Virus record (IMG/VR): IMGVR_UViG_3300032227_000508
Span: 926-64,925 of that record
Source: a virus
Lineage: Duplodnaviria; Caudoviricetes
Direction: 5' to 3' (one strand)
DNA: 64,000 nt
The notes beneath the pieces are model-generated. The model saw only the letters and a program-made list of their open reading frames with translations, made no database searches and was not told where the DNA came from. The translations under genes and the position numbers were made by a program. Below are positions 28,201 to 35,710 of this stretch, piece by piece; the first letter of the stretch is position 1; each line of letters begins with the position of its first letter.

Positions 28201-30788
28201 CTCGTGAATCTATTGCTACATTAAAAAATGATTTAGCAAAAGTAATGAGAAAAGCTAAAACAAAAGAAAGACCGCTACATGGTAAGCATAATGATGTAAA
28301 CGATAAGAAAAAACAAATAGCTTCTAATAAAGAATCTGCTGAAGCATCGCTTGCTAAATTAGAAAAGAAAATAGGAGTAGATGCCTACGCTGAATATAAT
28401 AAGAGAGCAGATTTGTATTTTAAAGCGTTTAGTGATTTGTTAAAATATAAATTAGATAGCGGTTTAATTACTGAGGCTACCTATGAAATGTTTAAGAATT
28501 ACGATTATCAGCCAAGAAACTTCTTGAGATTTGCTTATGGTCAGTTGTATGAAGATGCAAATGGAAACATGGTAAAAGAAACTCCATTACAATCTAATTC
28601 GTTTGTAAATAGAGGCTCTATGCTTAGTTCAGATGAATTAAAGAAGATTAGTGGTGGAGATATGGATTATCTTGATGCTGATTCAGCTCGCCTATTGCAA
28701 TCAGCTCTTGTTACAGCAGAAATTCGTGTTTCAACAAACAAGGCTTTAAAAGCCCTTGCTGAAGATTCCAAATTAGCTAATTACGGATTTATTAAAGAAG
28801 CTGAATATGAGCGTTACAAAGATGGTACTATCAAATTAGATTCAGATGGGACTCCCAAGTTTATTGCTCCTACAGATAATCGATTTGTAAATATGGTTTA
28901 TAAGGTTGATGGTAAAAAATATGCATTCCAATTAAAGAATACAAAAGAAACACCATTAGCAGATGAATTCAATGACATTGAAATGCGTGACCTTAAAGGA
29001 GAGCAATATAAGTTTTGGTCTAAATGGTTAGGTGCAGGTATAATGAAAACTTTTGCCACAGGTATCAACGTAGCTTTCCCTATTACCAATATTCCTATTG
29101 ACGTAATATCTCAAATACATTTAACAGATATTTATGAAGGAACAATTGCCGAAAGATATCAACAAGCCATGATGGGAACTCTTGAAATGGCAAAGCGATT
29201 GACTGCTGCTGAATTTAATTTAGGAGATAACTCTGAAATAAGTAATTTGATTTATGAATTTGCTGAAACAGGGGGTCTTATGATGAGTTTAACTCGTGAA
29301 TACTCTCCTCAAATGGAAGGTAAGTGGGGTAAAATTGTTGATGGATTAGGAACATTTGGTAACATATCTGAATTAGCATCTAAATTAAATGCATACCAAA
29401 CTGTTAAAAATAGATTAATTGATCAGTATTATGAAAAAAATGGGTTTGAAGCAAGAGAAGAAGATTTAGAGAAAATTAAAACTGAAGCTGCATATAAATC
29501 AAGGGCAGCAATGGATTATCACAGAGGTGGTACTTCGGCTAAATGGTTAGATGGATTTGCTCCTTACTTTAATGTAATGATGCAAGTATCTAAAATTTCT
29601 GCATCTTATATTTCTAATAACAAAGTTGAATTTGGTAAAAAAATTGGTGGTGCAGGATTATTTGTAATGGCGATAACAATGTATAACATGATGGTTGCTG
29701 CGGGCGACTATGATAATAATGATGTTCAAAGAGATATCATAAACAACCTTGTTATATTTAATACTTACAAAAATGCAGATGGTACAAGAGGATATACTAA
29801 AGTAGCTGTTCCTCCAACTGTAAAATGGTTCTTAAATAGATTTCAGCATATTGCAGAGGGTGTTTATTTAAAAGAAGTTTTACAAAATCCTAAGCGTATT
29901 GAGAAATGGCAAGAAAGAACAAGTATTTGGAAAGAAACTTCAAATATGTTTGCTCCAAAATTTGGTAGCATTTTACCTCCTGTAGCTAAAGGTATGATTG
30001 AATATGGTTTTAATTATGATATTTGGAGAAGCAAGCAAATTGTAGAGCAAGATAAAAATCGTAAAACATCTCCCTTCTTAGAAGGGGTTAAGAACAAGAA
30101 TGTAGCTGAATTATGGAAAGCAGTTGCGGCTACAGATTTTGGAAAAGGGTTTTTAGGAGTTGGCTTATCACCAGCAAAGGCTCAAAAGTTTGCGGATGAC
30201 ATATTCCCGCTAACTAACCCACTTATTTCTATGGGATATTCGTTAATGGATAAATCGGTTAATCAATTTACAGAGATGCCTGAATCTTATCGTTCAAAAT
30301 TCAATAAAGAAAATGCTTGGACATCTGTTCCGAGTTCAATTGGAGATGCTATTAAAGACCGTTTTAAAGGTACTACTAATCCTGATATACGTTTTGACAA
30401 CCCAGAATACGCTAAAATTAAAATGGGAGAGTCAGATAAGTTATTTATGATGCATGATAAAGTTAACTCAATGGTTGATGATGGAGCATCTTTAAGTGAA
30501 ATTAGAGTTTATGCTAAAAGCCAAGGAAGGGAATATGTCCAAGGAATTCAAAATTATGCAATGAATTTAAAGAAAAAAGATAGAATTCAATATAAAATTT
30601 ACGAACCCGATTACTTTGCGATGGCATTTGCTCCAGATGCAAGGGCTAAAGCAGAAATAATGATTGAATTTGAAAAAACAAATGAAATCCCTAATATGGA
30701 GTTGTATAGAAAAGATTTGAGAAGATTTGGGATTTTAAATTCAAATGTTAGAAAAATTTACGAAGAATTAAAATCTAAAGAAAAATAA
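22239..30788 (+). CDS. Large polyvalent internal virion protein (metallopeptidase-like HExxH, ART-like domain, LPD38-like C-terminus)
   Basis: LAHEIFHE...AEEFL; ILYHGSP...GTGEGAQAYGWGIYL...AGVDGI...NYVVFD; helical C-terminal region with DYHRGG...PYFN. Confidence 0.75.
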   Translation: MSKQRLQPIDFSKYEKVSEPTPSADTSSNLISIDFSEYETISKKKDVTALSGQEDSGGLFSDIADYFSKAQPIHSGLGTAPFAQELTRKYGIYDRDPDEMTAEEKLAYQKGLKQRAAIDDIVTSNLLSSNATTRGYSFIADKTGTLPMVESLISGGIGTVGATALNILGGAADFMQNIGSRVKGLINKEDQGNVKVASSEGVAGALYEQAQTLQNVSNSFMRQAKTEYGIANEDVDKTFTELLQEGKAGDAFINLGLSSLQQMPQIVALGLTGGSAGAVFTGAGLMGAGASLGEEYAKDGEISGKDALVSIGKGIVEGLTETIFRTDVNAFNSLRKIISTEGKEATKEALIRGYGGVVKKAFAGANEEGVEEIIANLGSFVIDRVADNKFNPAEYNKLIQSSIDAFVLGAASGGVVSGIAARASRIKLTPEQEKSIKRYKEVADNENFSKEIRESAANKIKDIRDYNAGATYDNYLLISDIENVNKRAEVINTLNEIRSEEDSQRELHDESLIAASNAIIEEKKAKVDAIMKENIDAIYSRSSAAVKEQQKLSREKAANYLTENNYYLGFTENNSDLLDSIQAGELVDINDVNKATSSLYDLEASVIADDQLTNQERNYVLQDVYSKLDSLESYDKITKNGKLLTEADTTTNRTTNSELRAERSKKVRNNRFEGELFKFKTEDGRNISLRASVDENGDVTMAPVRKSFTFKSESENKSNEPFKIKGTLEVGEIKRNEDGKLISATITDTKGKKSFNTNNDELVSYLQAVQARQSLVKASNEGYSVSEDIESVQGNEVLGKLTPNQKSRIANQYKALKSISPNAQIILYDSEKKMAKGLIAQGFSAKRAKEVSKGAMGLQHKGVIHVNISVADDATLAHEIFHEAVRSIAKTDPAAFVDMVKNLKGMLSKAELDYLQNFSNLYESKGENLVAEEFLSELLGVLTAKRLSFSKLNEAGERIVVEVDFALNRSIGQKFMLGLRELIKKYADKIGNKFLIELADKVGATTNSTEELAKFFESFAKSLREGTDVNLNYLNKFTSESVSVSADEISQKIESDQTYDEGIAIPFPTSIDYTPLDEINQKRIGEYEFPKTIPMLETVSHPIMNLNDVIQKYDGRVVIITSDATGYGVDSKGEPIFGGFGFSLNAQNVQDGIGFASLNVSTVKSTYTSAFNSYGQGKVAVLIMIQNPSTAINNAYGAKYLFRGLSEIANSNEEDLIKSKEAIANFINTSTSVSKVAKTKTERQQIINVFNKVTPNMTDKQLSALQEEYIDNTTFDSRKTIGLGIIPKNASTKTDVGTTYSKIAFNKVDYSIYNFLKEYGDNTILTDDLINNNKGGYVVGGFELDVLPEGIERDDQIEALQSKGIVHDMFNAKLAGTNHFTLDGLYGVNENFAKFAEPESEIDPNKLTEDERDQMVRDIYTEDRFYEKESRDKSFETRTYSDLKGTVKSKFKEQYLAPKGLLRPKAPNVATNVAKGIGFTPTEEAKSEIAKANYKMMPVSEKVISKEIEEEVTDGSDNKVEFISQKRILYHGSPWSFERFNNQKIGTGEGAQAYGWGIYLSEDFDVANAYAMSNQGNKMNQQGYLDFLGDEQKGSNVLLPGKKTPPPSLRVRAYKLLQNPSTTLADWKKFLEDNKGFLGTNISRANRKKLYNAFGERNHYTAQVTGQSLSDGIWFDWHNEGNANMMAAATAYRGILSIVSSLEQMEKMQGLNQYQKDTLEVAKKVVTMRQFSDRDKGMNFFLKQTGGEMYTRLATFFESTKTVKEGKTADQRYATSQQMASWLLQQAGVDGIRVPTYYAQGGRQDGLMNYVVFDANAIKITKQQTIRAKIGADKADLIDIDLLQSARASMEARKNDSFLKWFNKDFLNSEYLRLYKQWFERNVNIRKELEKAEMVYAMQMMYNKAGASQFAQLKFGKYRKEIYGGLDKSGVAIVDSVTQLRRVIAIDTNFDNQRNAFLQQADDIKQQIEDANNVITNPKSTPEQTGIARESIATLKNDLAKVMRKAKTKERPLHGKHNDVNDKKKQIASNKESAEASLAKLEKKIGVDAYAEYNKRADLYFKAFSDLLKYKLDSGLITEATYEMFKNYDYQPRNFLRFAYGQLYEDANGNMVKETPLQSNSFVNRGSMLSSDELKKISGGDMDYLDADSARLLQSALVTAEIRVSTNKALKALAEDSKLANYGFIKEAEYERYKDGTIKLDSDGTPKFIAPTDNRFVNMVYKVDGKKYAFQLKNTKETPLADEFNDIEMRDLKGEQYKFWSKWLGAGIMKTFATGINVAFPITNIPIDVISQIHLTDIYEGTIAERYQQAMMGTLEMAKRLTAAEFNLGDNSEISNLIYEFAETGGLMMSLTREYSPQMEGKWGKIVDGLGTFGNISELASKLNAYQTVKNRLIDQYYEKNGFEAREEDLEKIKTEAAYKSRAAMDYHRGGTSAKWLDGFAPYFNVMMQVSKISASYISNNKVEFGKKIGGAGLFVMAITMYNMMVAAGDYDNNDVQRDIINNLVIFNTYKNADGTRGYTKVAVPPTVKWFLNRFQHIAEGVYLKEVLQNPKRIEKWQERTSIWKETSNMFAPKFGSILPPVAKGMIEYGFNYDIWRSKQIVEQDKNRKTSPFLEGVKNKNVAELWKAVAATDFGKGFLGVGLSPAKAQKFADDIFPLTNPLISMGYSLMDKSVNQFTEMPESYRSKFNKENAWTSVPSSIGDAIKDRFKGTTNPDIRFDNPEYAKIKMGESDKLFMMHDKVNSMVDDGASLSEIRVYAKSQGREYVQGIQNYAMNLKKKDRIQYKIYEPDYFAMAFAPDARAKAEIMIEFEKTNEIPNMELYRKDLRRFGILNSNVRKIYEELKSKEK

Positions 30789-30792
30789 AGAA

Positions 30793-30939
30793 ATGATAAA
30801 GAAAATTAAGGGAGGCTATAAGTTAGTATCCAAAACCACAGGACGCAACTTAGGTACTGCTAAGACTAAGGAGGGAATTGCTAAGAGAGAGAAGCAAGTG
30901 AATTATTTTAAATATTTAGCATCTAAAAAGAAAAAATAA
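30793..30939 (+). CDS. 48-aa basic protein (not in ORF track)
   Basis: MIKKIKGGYKLVSKTTGRNLGTAKTKEGIAKREKQVNYFKYLASKKKK. Confidence 0.6.
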   Translation: MIKKIKGGYKLVSKTTGRNLGTAKTKEGIAKREKQVNYFKYLASKKKK

Positions 30940-30942
30940 AGT

Positions 30943-30950
30943 TAACTTTG
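30943..30950 (+). promoter_or_regulatory. -7 element TAACTTTG
   Basis: Exact TAnnTTTG 15 nt before ATG 30966. Confidence 0.6.
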
Positions 30951-30965
30951 ATAAAATAAATTAGT

Positions 30966-31430
30966 ATGGCAAGTATAATAGATATGCAGAAAGCCAAGAG
31001 GGCAGTAGCCTTTGGGACTTTAATGAATGATTACTCACAAAACTCTTCAGAGTCTGGAGAAACAGAAGACCCACAAGAGGAGTTGTTATGTGAGATGTTA
31101 GAAGCGTCTGCACAAGCAAAGGTATTTCATTGGCAAACAGTATCGCTAAGCGAACATCAATCATTAGGAGAGTTCTATGAGGCATTCAATGATTTAATGG
31201 ATAAGTTTATCGAATCATATCAGGGTTGTTATGGACGCATTATGATGGGATGTGATTTAGAAGTTAAGCCATATACAATGGACGCTCCGATAACATTTTT
31301 GGAATCATTTAAGTCTTATATCTCAGGCGATGCTAGAATGTTGGTAATAGGAAACTCGGCACTTACAAATATTTTGGACGAGATTAATGCTCTAGTAGAC
31401 CAAACTATATATCGTTTAACTTTAAAATAA
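30966..31430 (+). CDS. Ferritin/Dps-like protein (DUF5856-like)
   Basis: FHWQT...EHQSLGEFYE...DKFIESYQG Dps-like ferroxidase-centre pattern. Confidence 0.7.
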   Translation: MASIIDMQKAKRAVAFGTLMNDYSQNSSESGETEDPQEELLCEMLEASAQAKVFHWQTVSLSEHQSLGEFYEAFNDLMDKFIESYQGCYGRIMMGCDLEVKPYTMDAPITFLESFKSYISGDARMLVIGNSALTNILDEINALVDQTIYRLTLK

Positions 31431-31437
31431 TAGTAGG

Positions 31438-31647
31438 ATGCAAGAATCTAATAAAAAGCAGGCAAATACAGGAGGTAAATTTGGTGATATTTACACAGGA
31501 GCGGCAAATACAAGCCCTGCCGTATTAAAAGCGCAATCAGACAAATCAAAAGCAGATGCAGCTGTAGCTGCTTATGCCGCAACTAAGAAATCTCAAGCAG
31601 ATGTTAGTAATAAAACAAGTGGATTTTTATATAAATTAGATAAATAA
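31438..31647 (+). CDS. Small Ala/Lys-rich hypothetical protein
   Basis: 69-aa ORF in tightly packed operon. Confidence 0.55.
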   Translation: MQESNKKQANTGGKFGDIYTGAANTSPAVLKAQSDKSKADAAVAAYAATKKSQADVSNKTSGFLYKLDK

Positions 31648-31658
31648 ATAATACTACA

Positions 31659-31775
31659 ATGAAAGCAATGAAAGCAACTCCAATGAAAAAAGGTTCAAAG
31701 AAAGCTATGCCAGCTACAAAGAAGCCTATGCCCCCAATGAAGAAGGGTATGATGCCAATGAAAAAAGGCTACTAA
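31659..31775 (+). CDS. 38-aa Met/Lys/Pro-rich basic peptide (not in ORF track)
   Basis: MKAMKATPMKKGSKKAMPATKKPMPPMKKGMMPMKKGY. Confidence 0.6.
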   Translation: MKAMKATPMKKGSKKAMPATKKPMPPMKKGMMPMKKGY

Positions 31776-31776
31776 A

Positions 31777-31923
31777 ATGAAAAACGGACTATACGCAAAT
31801 ATCAACAAAAAGCGCAAGCGTATTGAAGCTGGCTCAGGTGAAACAATGAGAAAGGTAGGCTCTAAGGGAGCTCCTACTGCAAAACAATTTAAGAAAGCGG
31901 CTAAGACTGCTAAGAAGAAGTAA
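31777..31923 (+). CDS. 48-aa basic phage protein (not in ORF track)
   Basis: MKNGLYANINKKRKRIEAGSGETMRKVGSKGAPTAKQFKKAAKTAKKK; stop overlaps next ATG. Confidence 0.7.
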   Translation: MKNGLYANINKKRKRIEAGSGETMRKVGSKGAPTAKQFKKAAKTAKKK

Positions 31924-32411
31924 TGGCAAACTTAATAGATATACAGAAATCAAAGAAAGGCAATAGCCTGATTAGTATAGCTAATAAAGTGAAGCATTAT
32001 GATATGGGCAAGTATCTCCTTATTGTAGGCAAGGATGCTACCGATATCTTTAAATATTACAATGTCAAGCAGATGCACGGGATTAATATAAAAGATGCTC
32101 AAGCAGAAGAAGTTGACAAGACTAAGGGCAACGGGGTTTATATATATGGTCTTACCAACTATGACCCTGCTGACAAGAAGCTAACAGCCAAAGCCCCTTA
32201 TAAGCCTTTCGTATTCTTAAATATGGGTACATTCAGAAAGTATTCTCCTAGTGAGCAGGCAACTGCTGTGATGCACGAAACAATGCATATAAGTATATTG
32301 CTGAGTAATTGGAATATAAAGGACAAAGAAGAAGAGGCAATAGGGAAAGCCGAAGAAGAAGCTAATAAGATAATTGCAAAATTAAAGGGACTTAATCTAT
32401 TGAAGAAATAA
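31923..32411 (+). CDS. Hypothetical protein with HExxH motif
   Basis: AVMHETMH plus downstream EEEA acidic patch, compatible with a zincin-like peptidase. Confidence 0.55.
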   Translation: MANLIDIQKSKKGNSLISIANKVKHYDMGKYLLIVGKDATDIFKYYNVKQMHGINIKDAQAEEVDKTKGNGVYIYGLTNYDPADKKLTAKAPYKPFVFLNMGTFRKYSPSEQATAVMHETMHISILLSNWNIKDKEEEAIGKAEEEANKIIAKLKGLNLLKK

Positions 32412-32701
32412 TGAAGACAGGTGCTTGGACTAGAAAAGAAGGACAAAACAAGGCGGGCGGCTTGAATTCTAAGGGCAGAGCGTCCTATAATGCTCAAACT
32501 GGGGGCAATCTAAAAGCTCCTGTTAAAGCAGGCACTAACCCTAGACGTGTATCTTTTGCCGCAAGGTTTGCGGGGATGGCTGGACCAATGAAGAAGCCTA
32601 ACGGAGAGCCTACAAGAAAGGCATTAGCTCTAAAGGCTTGGGGATTTGGAAGTGTTGAGTCAGCAAGAAAATTTGCGAATACTCATAAAAAAAGTAAATG
32701 A
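32411..32701 (+). CDS. Basic phage protein (DUF6321-like)
   Basis: AWTRKEG...GGLNSKGRASYN...RRVSFAARF...ALKAWG. Confidence 0.65.
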   Translation: MKTGAWTRKEGQNKAGGLNSKGRASYNAQTGGNLKAPVKAGTNPRRVSFAARFAGMAGPMKKPNGEPTRKALALKAWGFGSVESARKFANTHKKSK

Positions 32702-33168
32702 AACTAACCGAGTGGTTTAAGTTTTGTCAGTCTTGCGGTAACAAACAATATTACTCAGCCAAGTACGAACTTGCTAGAGCGGTTAAGGCTAATACCGTTT
32801 GCATAAGCTGTCATAATAAATCAGGGAAGAACAACAAAGGTAAGTACAAAGAAATCCCTATCTCTTGGTTTGATTCTAAAAAAAGAAAAGCACTAGAAAA
32901 GGGTAGAGAGTTTGCGTTTGATATTAAATATATCTGGGATATTTACATTAAGCAAGATAGGAAGTGTGCATTATCGGGCATCCCATTAGATTTTGATACA
33001 GATACAGACAACGGTATGGTGTCTATTGATAGGATTAACAACGATAAGGGTTACATCAAGAGAAATATACAACTGCTTCATAAAGATATTAACTACGCTA
33101 AGTGGACTTTTACGCAGAAATATTTCATAGAATTATGTATCTTAGTAGCTCAGAATCATAAACGTTGA
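32698..33168 (+). CDS. Zn-finger plus HNH-like endonuclease
   Basis: CQSC, CISC, then CALSG...SIDRINNDKGY...NIQLL...IN. Confidence 0.65.
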   Translation: MKLTEWFKFCQSCGNKQYYSAKYELARAVKANTVCISCHNKSGKNNKGKYKEIPISWFDSKKRKALEKGREFAFDIKYIWDIYIKQDRKCALSGIPLDFDTDTDNGMVSIDRINNDKGYIKRNIQLLHKDINYAKWTFTQKYFIELCILVAQNHKR

Positions 33169-33175
33169 TAGTGGC

Positions 33176-33445
33176 ATGAAGAAATCGGCAAAGTATTATG
33201 CAAGTAATCCAGAGGCTAAGGCTAAGAAAGATGCATATAATAAAGAGTTTAACAAAAAACCTGAGCAACGTGCCAAGCGTGTTGAGTTAGTTAAGGTTAA
33301 TCGTGATAGGAAAACTTATGGAAACGGAGATGGAAAGGATGCGTCACATACAAGCAAGGGTATCGTAATGAAAAAAGCCTCCGTAAACAGAGGCTCTAAA
33401 TCAGATTCAGCGGGAGATAAAAGGTCTCGTGGCGGGAAAAAGTAA
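33176..33445 (+). CDS. Basic protein, degenerate HNH-like
   Basis: GDGKDASH...SVNRG pattern; Lys-rich; last + strand gene before strand switch. Confidence 0.5.
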   Translation: MKKSAKYYASNPEAKAKKDAYNKEFNKKPEQRAKRVELVKVNRDRKTYGNGDGKDASHTSKGIVMKKASVNRGSKSDSAGDKRSRGGKK

Positions 33446-34078
33446 ATAAGTTTTATTTTGTTTCTTACAAAACTCCATTACTTCTAAGCAGAACTCGTGT
33501 GGAATCTTACTTCTATTATAAGCTCCCTTTAATCCTTGCGTTCCTGTTTGCGAACCTCTTGGTGCAGGAGTATGACAAGGGTCTCCATTATTGCAATGAG
33601 GCTTCGGTGTATAAGATAATTGATTATGCCAAATATCTGTAGGTTTCATCCTTGTGTCGCCATATTGACAATAAGTAACAGTATTCCTATAAAAGCCTTC
33701 AAGCTGAGGCATTTTCCTCATTAACCCTCGTGGGTTTTCAATAAAGAAAAACTTCGGATTAATCTGCTCAATTACTTTTAGTGTCGCATCAAGTAATTCT
33801 AATCCAAGTTTTGCTGAATCAGTAAATGGCACATAAGAGCCTTTCTTACTTCCTTTCCAATGTCTACCTATTGAGGCAACAGAAAATGCCGTACAAGGCG
33901 GGGATGCCCACACTACATCAGGTATAAATGGTAGCTTTGCTAAATCAAATTCTCTGATGTCGCAAGCATAGTCTATCCCATCAAATGGTAATAAATCAGA
34001 TGAGAATACTTCCATCCCTAACTCTTCAGCAGCTTTCCCGATTGAACGGGATCCGGCAAACAATTCTAATACTTTCAT
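33407..34078 (-). CDS. DNA (cytosine-5) methyltransferase, compact
   Basis: VLELFAGS (motif I), WASPPC (motif IV), FIENP (motif VI). Confidence 0.85.
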   Translation of the reverse strand: MKVLELFAGSRSIGKAAEELGMEVFSSDLLPFDGIDYACDIREFDLAKLPFIPDVVWASPPCTAFSVASIGRHWKGSKKGSYVPFTDSAKLGLELLDATLKVIEQINPKFFFIENPRGLMRKMPQLEGFYRNTVTYCQYGDTRMKPTDIWHNQLSYTPKPHCNNGDPCHTPAPRGSQTGTQGLKGAYNRSKIPHEFCLEVMEFCKKQNKTYLLFPATRPFISR

Positions 34079-34608
34079 ACTTCTAATATCATTAAGTTCT
34101 CTTCGTAAATTACTTTCTTGTCAAGCCCTTCTTTTCTTGGAGGGCGGTACATCCCAATTACTTTTGAAGCTAAAACAAAGTATGCTTCAAACTTATTATC
34201 GGGGGAGCAGATAACAAAAGCAATAAACTCTTTATCAGATGGAGATGTGCATAAAGAATCATTAGGTTGGAATACCCAAGAGTTTTGATAATCCCACACT
34301 TTCATACAACTCTTAACGTGAATTTTTACATCGCCAGACGTAATGTCTGCATCAAATGACTTTAACTCTTTTGGATACACTCCAATATCAGGAAATGTAG
34401 CCAACTTACTCTGATTTATAAGAAAATTCCATACTGCAAACTCCGCCATCTTACCAATGTAAATATCTGATTCGACTTTACTTTTGTTGGTTTGGTTTCT
34501 TTTATCGTACTGGTCCTTGTTAGTGGAATATACTTCCTTGCTAAACAAATCAGCCAATACCTCTTGATAATTATTAGGAGCGATAAGCTTTACTTTCTTT
34601 AGTAGCAT
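34075..34608 (-). CDS. PD-(D/E)xK nuclease-like protein
   Basis: GKMAEFAV...FDADI...IHVKS; start re-assigned to MLLKK; coupled to the methyltransferase. Confidence 0.5.
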   Translation of the reverse strand: MLLKKVKLIAPNNYQEVLADLFSKEVYSTNKDQYDKRNQTNKSKVESDIYIGKMAEFAVWNFLINQSKLATFPDIGVYPKELKSFDADITSGDVKIHVKSCMKVWDYQNSWVFQPNDSLCTSPSDKEFIAFVICSPDNKFEAYFVLASKVIGMYRPPRKEGLDKKVIYEENLMILEV

Positions 34609-34975
34609 AAGATATAATATGAACAATTAGTTTATAATTTTTTTTACCAAGTTCTTCATCTGGGAAAATACATATGCCCTTGCAGAATTTCTTTGAGTCA
34701 TCAATAATGTAATGAGATTTCTTCATCGTATCCTCAAAAATTTTAATCATAGGCACAGTATTGCTTGCGTCTAAGCGACTATTAAAGTATAAGGTAATCA
34801 TATACTTATCAATCTTTTTTATTCCCTTAGGAAGCAACTTTAAGAATAAGTTAGACCAAAATTCTTTTTCTTTATTTCTGAAGGACCAGTGCCGATTAGC
34901 ATACCATTTATTCAAGGACAAGTCTACCCCCTCCCAAACAATAATAAATTGGTCAATCTCTTCATTAAATATCAT
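34574..34975 (-). CDS. RusA-like Holliday junction resolvase
   Basis: SLNKWY...RLDASN...KIFEDTM...IIDDS pattern. Confidence 0.65.
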   Translation of the reverse strand: MIFNEEIDQFIIVWEGVDLSLNKWYANRHWSFRNKEKEFWSNLFLKLLPKGIKKIDKYMITLYFNSRLDASNTVPMIKIFEDTMKKSHYIIDDSKKFCKGICIFPDEELGKKNYKLIVHIISYATKESKAYRS

Positions 34976-35165
34976 ATTTTAGTCTTGATTTAAATTCTTC
35001 TTCTACATCTTTCCAATAACACTCATCATCAAAACTTGCGTGTTTTGTATTTTTTGCTAACTCATTTAAAAAATAAGAGGCGATAGAAAACTTGTCCCCA
35101 TAGAAACAGGTTTTTATTATCGCCTCTGCCCTTTCGGCTGGTTTTAGATTACTAGGATTTATCAT
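34965..35165 (-). CDS. Hypothetical protein
   Basis: Coupled small ORF. Confidence 0.55.
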   Translation of the reverse strand: MINPSNLKPAERAEAIIKTCFYGDKFSIASYFLNELAKNTKHASFDDECYWKDVEEEFKSRLKYDI

Positions 35166-35377
35166 TAATTATTTTTTATCACTAGGGATCCGGGATACTT
35201 GTTAACGTATTCCAAAAAGTCTTGTATCATTTTCCTTGTATAGCGAATTGGATTCGTATCAATATAAACAATAAGCTTTTCTTTGCGATAATGAGCTAAT
35301 CTCCTTGCTGTAATGCCTAGCATCCCCCTTAATTCCTTGTCTGTATATAACAGTTTATCAAGCTTTGCATCTTCCAT
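35165..35377 (-). CDS. Excisionase/MerR-like HTH protein
   Basis: LLYTDKELRGMLGITARRLAHYRKEKLI...IRYTRKMIQDFL. Confidence 0.65.
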   Translation of the reverse strand: MEDAKLDKLLYTDKELRGMLGITARRLAHYRKEKLIVYIDTNPIRYTRKMIQDFLEYVNKYPGSLVIKNN

Positions 35378-35378
35378 A

Positions 35379-35603
35379 CTATAGTTTTTTTTCGTTAATC
35401 ATTACTATTATATCAAGCGAAACTAAGTACCCATTAGATGCAAGGTTGCAGATAATACGATTAAGTAGGTTATACCCAAGTTGCCTTCTACCATTCTCGT
35501 ATAGGTATACTTGTTGAAATGAATTAATTCCTGCTGCTTTTGCAAATTCTAATTGAGTCATCCCCAATTCAGTTCTTAGCTTTTTTATTAAGTCTTTCTT
35601 CAT
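35379..35603 (-). CDS. XRE-family HTH regulator
   Basis: IKKLRTELGMTQLEFAKAAGI...YENGRR. Confidence 0.8.
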   Translation of the reverse strand: MKKDLIKKLRTELGMTQLEFAKAAGINSFQQVYLYENGRRQLGYNLLNRIICNLASNGYLVSLDIIVMINEKKL

Positions 35604-35709
35604 TTTCTTTTTCTAATTTGAACTTTAATTTTGCTTGCTCAATCTTGATTCTATGAGCCAATTCTAATTGATTGTGGATATTTTCCCACACTTGATTAAG
35701 TGAATACAT
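35569..35709 (-). CDS. 46-aa hypothetical protein (not in ORF track)
   Basis: MYSLNQVWENIHNQLELAHRIKIEQAKLKFKLEKENEERLNKKAKN fills the gap between neighbours. Confidence 0.5.
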   Translation of the reverse strand: MYSLNQVWENIHNQLELAHRIKIEQAKLKFKLEKENEERLNKKAKN

Positions 35710-35710
35710 T

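Noticed and set aside
22239-30788. crAss-type virion RNA polymerase
   Set aside because: No DFDID/DxDxD catalytic motif seen; motifs match polyvalent proteins instead.
35165-35603. Lysogeny module
   Set aside because: Xis-like and XRE HTH genes are co-oriented within an operon; no integrase, att site or divergent repressor pair seen.
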